A DNA stretch of 63,741 bases, counting the filler, from Collodictyon triciliatum (lineage: Eukaryota), in the NCBI GenBank assembly GCA_043381765.1. It is 4 parts of 4 records of this genome, joined end to end, with 100 filler letters (N's around TTAATTAATTAA, not from the genome) between each part and the next. Parts side by side here need not be neighbours in the genome. Positions count along the whole stretch, not along the records: positions 40,379 to 60,480 come from JBHJMP010001261.1; positions 60,581 to 63,741 come from JBHJMP010001318.1; 2 more parts are not named here. One strand, given 5' to 3'. A model generated the notes under the pieces. The model had not been told where the DNA came from, did not search any database, and saw nothing but the letters and a program-made list of their open reading frames with translations. Below, one piece after another: positions 56,222-63,741 of the stretch (its first letter is position 1; each line of letters starts with the position of its first letter). The translations under genes were made by a program, and so were the position numbers.

Positions 56222-58102
56222 TCAAAATAAATTACATAGTATAAAGGATAAAGTAAAAAGAAAAAGAAAAAGAAAAAACATTTGTAAACCCCACACTAAA
56301 TCACGCAGAGGAATAGCCTTCAGAGAGAACGAAAAGGGAGTAAGGGCACCGCTCGCCGATCCGATATGAAGGCAGACGCGGCTGCCTGAGATCAAGCCTG
56401 TTCGCGGGCGCGTTTGGCAGCTGCGCTTTTCTGATCGGCGCTGCGGGCGTGGGAATGATCGCGAGAAACTGGCCTTTTTCTTTTCTTTTTTTGGAAGACG
56501 TTACAATGGTACCGTACCAAGTTTATGAGGGCGGAAGGCGGCAACCACACAAAGAGCGATACGCAAACCATCTGTATCGCGAGGTAGTGGGTAACTTGGG
56601 AGACAGGAAACCCTTTGTGCGCGTGGCCTGTTGGAGGGATAATTCCAGGAAAGGCTGGGCCGCCCTTCTGAGACCCTGTTTGGTTTGCCCGCCACACCTC
56701 GAAAAGGAAATGAGGCAGCTCCAAATAGCGCCTCCACCAGAGCAGCTTGGGCGCGGTCGCTGGCGTTCACTTTCGGGCTTTCTTCCGCGGTGCTCTTGTG
56801 TGGGGGCGAGTCTCGAGCCTTTTTTTCATTTTATTTCTATTTCTATTTTTTATTTTTTTATTTTTTTATTTTTTTATTTTTTTATTTTTTTATTTTTTTA
56901 TTTTTTTATTTTTTAACTTGTGTGTTTGTGTGTGTGTTTTTTTTGTCGTCCTTTCTTGCCTCTGTTCGACCTGTCTCGCATTGCCCAGAGAGATTCGCGA
57001 GGAAGCAGGTGTTAGNNNNNNNNNNNNNNNNNNNNNNNNNNNNNNNNNNNNNNNNNNNNNNNNNNNNNNNNNNNNNNNNNNNNNNNNNNNNNNNNNNNNN
57101 NNNNNNNNNNNNNNNNNNNNNNNNNNNNNNNNNNNNNNNNNNNNNNNNNNNNNNNNNNNNNNNNNNNNNNNNNNNNNNNNNNNNNNNNNNNNNNNNNNNN
57201 NNNNNNNNNNNNNNNNNNNNNNNNNNNNNNNNNNNNNNNNNNNNNNNNNNNNNNNNNNNNGTTTTTTTTTTCTCTTCATTTCGGCGCTGAAGCCCAGATG
57301 GGAGGTATCTCGAATATTCTTAATGATACACACTCACACGAGCTTTTTTTTTCCCCCCTTGTTGATATCGCAACTCACTTCACCGAGCCAATACTGCATA
57401 CCAGGATTTTTGTGTTGGAAAATCTATATTCAATCACTATTCCCGAGTTTATTCATGTTTCCCTTCACTTTCTGGGGTTAAGCCCAAAGAGAAAATTATG
57501 TGTACACTTTCTCCACCCACATGGCATTCGTTGCCTAATAGACTAATCAACAACCATGGATTTCTTTTTTTGCTAATAATTTATCCAATTTGCTCGTATA
57601 AAGTTATAGTCTTTTCAGATTACAGAAACTGTCGAAGACATATATTAACTTGTTGTCCCAATCACATTTTCCTTTGTAGTCGGTATAGTTCAGTTCAGTT
57701 AATTCTGAAGCTTCTGCTTTTTCTCTTTTTCTCTTTTTCTCTTTTTCTCTTTTTCTCTTTTTCTCTTTTTCTCTTTTTCTCTTTTTCTCTTTTTCTCTTT
57801 TTCTCTTTTTCTCTTTTTCTCTTTTTCTCTTTCTATTTGTATTTATATTTACAATTACATTTACATTTACATTTATTTTCTCCTTTTTTTATTATTATTA
57901 TGGAATGCGCAATTTATGTTTAACTCATTAATGGCAAATCAAAAATATGAAAATTAAATGATAGACATACCTTATATTATAGGGAAGAAAATCTGAGAAG
58001 GTATCCTGACCAAGAAAAAATAAAAGAAGGAAGACTGTATCATTACCAACTCTTTGATATTCTGAGGCCTCTTGGCACTTTTCAGTGCTTTTTTATCTCT
58101 TG

Positions 58103-59698
58103 ATGAGAGGGAGAAAACTATTTCTGGTGGGACTGAGTCTACTTTTTGTCGCGGTTACTTCATTGCTTCTTCAGTTCCAGATACATTCATTCCAGGCTGT
58201 ATTGGTACCAATATCACTTGGGCATGCACATCATTATCTGGAGGATAATTACTATAACAGCACGGTTACTGCACGTAATGCCAGTCATGAAGGGAAAATA
58301 TGGACGAAGGGATATTACTTTACTGGAAGAAGGAAACCAGATAGATTTTCGAGGGGTGGGAGTGGGTTTGGTGGTGGTGGTGAACCAACCACCAATATTG
58401 TCTATGTTAAGTGTTATCGAGTTGGTGGGGGTACACTTCGCCGGATACTTGAGAGGCAAGCCAGAGTATGTAAGATAGATGCAGTGTGCTGTAAAATAAT
58501 GCAGCATGTATAATAATTTTAAAATTAATATACAAAATTCCAACGACAAATGATAAGGAATATATTTAAAAATGATAAATAAATAAATAATTGAACACGC
58601 AACCATGAACATGATAATTGTTGAACGTTTCACATTCCAAAAGTTATGAGATGACTCCCAAAAACAGGTCAACAACCTGACAGTGGTGCCTAGTCCACCA
58701 GATTCGATATACTCTATCCCCAAGGCATATGGCATGAAATTAAACCGAACCTACAATATGCTTACCAAGCATGCGCGGTATCATGAGTGGATGAAGAATG
58801 CAGTTCCGGATGCTGTCTTTATTACGATGATTCGGGAACCATTGCGCCGAGCAAACTCTCATTTTCTTCGGTTCAACCCCTTTTCAAGAAACATGACTTT
58901 TGAAAAATTCTACATGGACATATTTCTGAATATTTCCTCTTCATCAAACAAGGTAATGCTTGGTGGATACCACTGCTGTAAAATAATTAGCTCAAATAGT
59001 GTCTTTTAACCGTAAAACAAGTATGCAAATGAATAGGCTTTTAAGATAATTTTGCCCCTATCTAGCCCAAATCGAGGTTAAAACATAGAGACAACTACAT
59101 GTCTAACTTTCTTGGATTTCCTCGTTCTAAAACTATAAATATGCAAAGGTTTTTTTCTCTATCTTGTAATTTTTTCAATTATTATTCCTTGAAATATATA
59201 CAACCACTCCAATTATGTCAAAAACTACTTGCTAATACCATTATTTAGTTCCTTTTTATCACTCTACCTCTCTTTATTACTAAGACTGGTTCTATTATTT
59301 TTACTATAATTATCGGTATTATTACCATCATCGATTTCGTCTATATTTTTTCCCTGGATATGATACAGTGAACCTCTCTGTATCGACGAACGCTTTTACA
59401 TGTCTAACTATATTGACATAAAAATACCACTAGTTTGCAAAATAGATACCAATTCATTGGATTCCAAGAAAGATTCAATGAGGGCATGGTTCTTCTTTCC
59501 CATATTCTTAATTGGGAGATGATGGCTGTAGAATACCATTATGACTATAAACCTTCAAATCATTCGTTAGCAGATGCAGGCGCGGAGTTTCTGAAGGTGA
59601 GTGCTCATTTTTAGATGACTTGAAATTTTTGGCATCATTCAACAAAACCAGAAATTATTTCGAATGGATGTAAATAACATATCAACTATTGCTATTTC

Positions 59699-59793
<95 letters not shown>

Positions 59794-60100
59794 GAAATTT
59801 ATTCTTCATTTTATATGTTTCTGGAACAACCCAGAAATTCAAAAGGAACAACTTCTTGGACTATAAGCTGTATAATATCAGCAGGATAATATACGAAGAA
59901 AAACTTGCAAAATACGCAGATATCAAAGATGAAGTCAAGGAGTACGCGGCTAGGCTCCAAAAAATAGTATGTTCTATATCCATAACTATTTGGCATGGTG
60001 TCATGATTTAATCATGAATAAGTACTAATATGTAGTAATTACTAATTAGGAATGGGAAGTTTATTTAACCAGAAAGGCTAAAAAGGCGAATCGTAAATGA
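58103..60100 (+). CDS. Galactose-3-O-sulfotransferase-like type II Golgi sulfotransferase
   Basis: N-terminal anchor (MRGRKLFLVGLSLLFVAV), 5'-PSB-like NIVYVKCYRVGGGTLRRIL, YNMLTKHARY, 3'-PB FITMIREPLRRANSHF, FIGFQERFNEGMVLL, NFLDYKLY; stop TGA at 60098-60100. Confidence 0.75.
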
Positions 60101-61006
60101 AAAAATAAATAATAATTAGGGTTATAATTCTCGACGTACAAAGTTCATCGGTCTGTTGTTTGTTATATGAGTTACCGTATGCTATTCCCGGCAGGTGACA
60201 TTTCCTTTATTTGATTCAAAGTGTAGCGAGGCTATGCCATACAAAGGAGTGAGATTGGTGCGCATGATAGAGAGCAAGCGAGAGTAGGTGAAGACGCAAC
60301 AATGGATAGGTTAACACTGGAAAGAAGTCAGTGATAGCGAGCTGGTCAGGTGGGCGTCCCAACTGGTTGACTGTTTGCGTGGGTAGCAGGGGTTGGATAT
60401 GCTGTGGGAGATATCTTACGACACATTCCCACATCTCTCTTCGCTTGCGGTCAGAGTAGCGAAGAATGCGAGCGCGTTTCNNNNNNNNNNNNNNNNNNNN
60501 NNNNNNNNNNNNNNNNNNNNNNNNTTAATTAATTAANNNNNNNNNNNNNNNNNNNNNNNNNNNNNNNNNNNNNNNNNNNNAACAACCGGAATGGAAAAAG
60601 TGAAGAGCGCCTTGCGAAAAGCCCCCCCCCCCCCCCCCCCACAGCCTAGTGCGATTGGGAAGTAGCCTTGTGAAAGTAAAATGTAATTTGCTATGATGTA
60701 TATCTGATATTTTCGCTTCGCATAACCGTGATGACAACAGACTGGAGTGGGGGTAGAACAGTGTTATTCTTTTTTCTTTTGTTTTCTTTTTTCCTTTACC
60801 AATTCAACGGGGTACAACAGCTCTCATCATATCGAGTTCAATAGCATATAAATGAACAAAATATTTTGTAAAGACCTTATGTCACTAAGCGTTTGGGTTC
60901 AAGTTTTCTTTTATTTCTCTGGCCAACGTGACAGTTTCATAGGGTCTTTGGGGTGAGAGAATGTCTCCTTCTTATGCGTTTCTTTGACGGGAGAGTGAAA
61001 ACACAA

Positions 61007-62917
61007 TTAGGATTGACGCTTTACGACAAGGAACTGCGTATCTCCAAGTTTTCTGTGTTATTAAAATTGAATGGTATCTTGTATTAGTATGGTTTTGTGG
61101 GGGAATACATAATATCTGAATTTTGGAGAGAAATTCGAATCGTGTCTGGGCGTTATGGTTTCATTATATATATTTAAAAAGATACATAAATGACGTATTC
61201 TAATCACTTACCTTGGTTTATAGAACTTGAGGAACAGGAACAAAGACCCGAAAAAGAATGAAATAATGGACATAGAAACATAAGCCCATCCCAAGAAGAA
61301 ATTTTTGCCTCCAATCCAGTCGGCGGTAGACAAGACAACAGCCTTAGTGCCCTGGAAAGAGGATACGTCGAAAGCTGTGCATATGGAGAAATCAACCATT
61401 AGTGAATAGAGGAATGGTGCGCGATAAATAAGGAATCCAATATGATTATAGGATGGCTTTCTTTTCTTTTCTTTTCTTCTCTGGTTTACTTGAGTCGATA
61501 TAGAGCTTGTATACTCCTGGCTCTAAGTCACGATCGATTTTCGCATAAAGTTTTTTGAAGCGGGGTAGAGCGGCTGTTCTCATCCACACAATAAAATCCT
61601 CGTTTTCGTACTCTTTGAACTCGTTTCTGTCGGGATAGTTTGGGGGTGGTACTCCTCTGTATTGCTCGGGTTTCTTAAACTTAACTTCACGATCGGACTT
61701 CCACGATATTCCAGACTTGTTCAGGGGCACAGTAGTGTTGGAAAATGACAAGGCGAATGTATCTGCAGTAGTCGAATGATTATATTTCCAGTAATATGTT
61801 AGACAGCAGAGGCACATACATAGCAGGGAAAATCTGAGGAATCTGTTATCATATGTGATACATAAAATGATAAAGCCTTTAAAGCCTCAACATCCCAACT
61901 CACACGGATTGAAAGCCATAATAACAACAGCCTCATAGGATTATACATCAGAGCTTACCGTTGAACCAACTGTTTGCGATGAGGCCGCAAGGGTTGTAAA
62001 AGTAGTCAGGGCCGTCTGGTGATCCGTCTGGTTTGATCAGAGGATCACAATACTCCAAGTCCACAGAGCTCTCCACGATCTCACCGCGAAGTTGATCGTC
62101 ATTTCGGGAGCCAACATAGCGACGGTGATTTTGGTAAAACTTTGTCATTTCGTAGTACATGTATACCGGCTTGTTCATTTTTTCTGTCACTTTGAGTTCA
62201 AGGGTGCATGGGCTGTTGCATTTCTGGTACTCAACTGGATCCGTTTCAACGATCTACAGAGGTTATGCTACTGTGAGCTCATAATTAACTGGAGCCAAGT
62301 TCTCTGCAAGACATATGAATCAGTGTGCTATCTTTGAGTCGCATAAAGGGGAGAAAAAAAAAACTCTGTTTACTATGGATGATGAATAAACTTGGTGAAC
62401 CATTTAAGTTAAAAAAAAAAAGCACAAGATAAAAGCCAGCATCTCAGTGCATCATTTGTTAGGATTTATGCGTAAAAAAAAAAAAAAAAACATTTTCTAT
62501 GTATTCTTTTCGGAGTGATGAAAATACTAACAGAACAAAGTATTAAAAAAGAAGGGAAAGAAAGAAGAAAGAAAGGATGGACAACCTTCTCAGATGTGTA
62601 GAGAATAGCCACTCCAATAGGCAGGAAGACGACAGCAAATATGTAGAACAGTGGAATAACCACATTGGGAGTCAATAAAGGTTGCCAAGCTTTGAGCCGT
62701 TGCTGCTTGAAGTCAGAGTCTGATGGGGTGAGGCCGTCAGTATTTTAAGCCAAAGATTGCCTCATAGTATTATTAAAAATAAAAAAACGGAAAAAAAGAG
62801 TGAAAATAAACTTTGCCTTAGCGATTAACGCGAAAAGGCCAGGCAACACATAGAGGTGGGTGGCCAGTTACCTTCTGGCTTTCGCAACAGATGGCGGGTC
62901 GGTGCTTGCTCGCTCAT
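61007..62917 (-). CDS. CDC50: CDC50/LEM3 P4-ATPase flippase beta subunit
   Basis: DFKQQRLKAWQP, YYEMTKFYQNHRRYV.SR, PCGLIANSWFND, GISWKSDR, NEDFIVWMRTAALPRFKKLY, WIGGKNFFLG, PR|KLGD. Confidence 0.95.
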
Positions 62918-63204
62918 GCCTCGGTATTGAAAGGAAAACAATGAGGGAAAAGGTTTTGGCAACAAAGAATCAAGAATAATGAGTTCGGGACAGGGTTGGG
63001 TCTGCTGTTGCCTTGGAAAGAAAGGTCGATCGCTGCTTTGATCTGCCCCGTGTCAAAGGCTGGTGTTGATTCTTCAATTTTTTGATTTGATCAACAAGAC
63101 ATTCGGGCAAGATTAGCCGACGACTTTTGAGTTGAATTGTCACTTCGTTCATCTTTATTTCAATCTGCTCTCTTTTAAGCACACTTTATTCTAGTCCATT
63201 GTGT

Positions 63205-63282
63205 AACTTGTTTCTTGGACATCCCTCGGTCCTGCACAAAAGTTGAAAGGAAGAATAAAAAAAAAACTTGTTTCTTGGACAT
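63205..63282 (+). mobile_element. ~42-bp poly(A)-tailed insertion flanked by an 18-bp target-site duplication
   Basis: AACTTGTTTCTTGGACAT occurs at 63205-63222 and at 63265-63282, flanking a short sequence ending AATAAAAAAAA. Confidence 0.65.
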
Positions 63283-63741
63283 GAATTCGAAGGGAAAGTT
63301 TAGCAAAGTACCTTTCATGTTTTATGTAAGGGTCGGCACCATCACTTGGTTCCACAACCTTACTTTTTCGACATCTGAGAGATGAAAGTTGCTCCACACT
63401 GATATTTTCGACTTGATATCCTCAGCCAGGTTTGTCCATTTGTTTCCGATTGTGGACCGAATATGATACCAAGATACTTGAGTGGGTGTGACGGTGGCTT
63501 CCATAAAATGTTTCCTGGAAACATAAGTCCATCCTGTAACCCAAAAAGAATTCCATCTGTCTTGTCGCAGTTGATTTTCCCGCCGACAGCTCGTGTGTAT
63601 TCTTGCATGCATTTGTTGGAGAGTGTGGCGCCTTCGGGAGACCGCAAGATGAATGCTGTGTCGTCTGCATATTGAAGTAGCAGTTGGTTGCGTACCTTGT
63701 TTTCGTTTCGGAAGTGGTTTGCAAGGCAGTCAGCGACAAAG
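63283..63741 (-). mobile_element. Degenerate non-LTR retrotransposon (L1/Tx1-like) reverse transcriptase fragment, truncated by the window edge
   Basis: LLQYADDTAFIL, GGKINCDKT, PLKYLGIIF, then a frameshift into KISVWSNFHLS...RLWNQVMVPTLT followed by a stop. Confidence 0.85.

Noticed and set aside
60222-60423. TGT...ACA-bounded G-rich segment (solo-LTR-like)
   Set aside because: No TSD and only weak terminal complementarity; cannot be supported.

Overview
Gene-dense, intron-rich eukaryotic genomic DNA with short introns, many microsatellites and assembly gaps. It most likely comes from a flagellated protist (inference from the Sfi1-like repeats and a non-plant TORTIFOLIA1-like gene). The standard genetic code fits every gene I spliced by hand. 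Fourteen spliced protein-coding genes can be reconstructed: TORTIFOLIA1/SPIRAL2-like, an Arc1p/AIMP1-like tRNA-binding protein, a multi-TM class-3 lipase, an FKBP-TPR immunophilin, a CNBD K+ channel, TMEM234, a cysteine-rich 7-module surface protein, Sfi1-like, AP-1 sigma, glyoxalase II, valyl-tRNA synthetase, enolase, a Gal-3-O-sulfotransferase-like protein and CDC50. A decayed L1/Tx1-like LINE sits at the right edge. The most notable observations are: (1) an enolase with intact catalytic residues fused to a ~350-aa pentapeptide spacer capped by a myristoylation/palmitoylation-type N-terminus; (2) a U12-type AT-AC intron in ValRS, with frequent GC donors and AAG acceptors across the window; (3) a surface protein built from phase-1 symmetric exon modules of an unrecognised 6-Cys domain; (4) a possible interlocked head-to-head overlap of the Sfi1-like and AP-1 sigma genes. 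All exon structures were derived by eye and need transcript confirmation.
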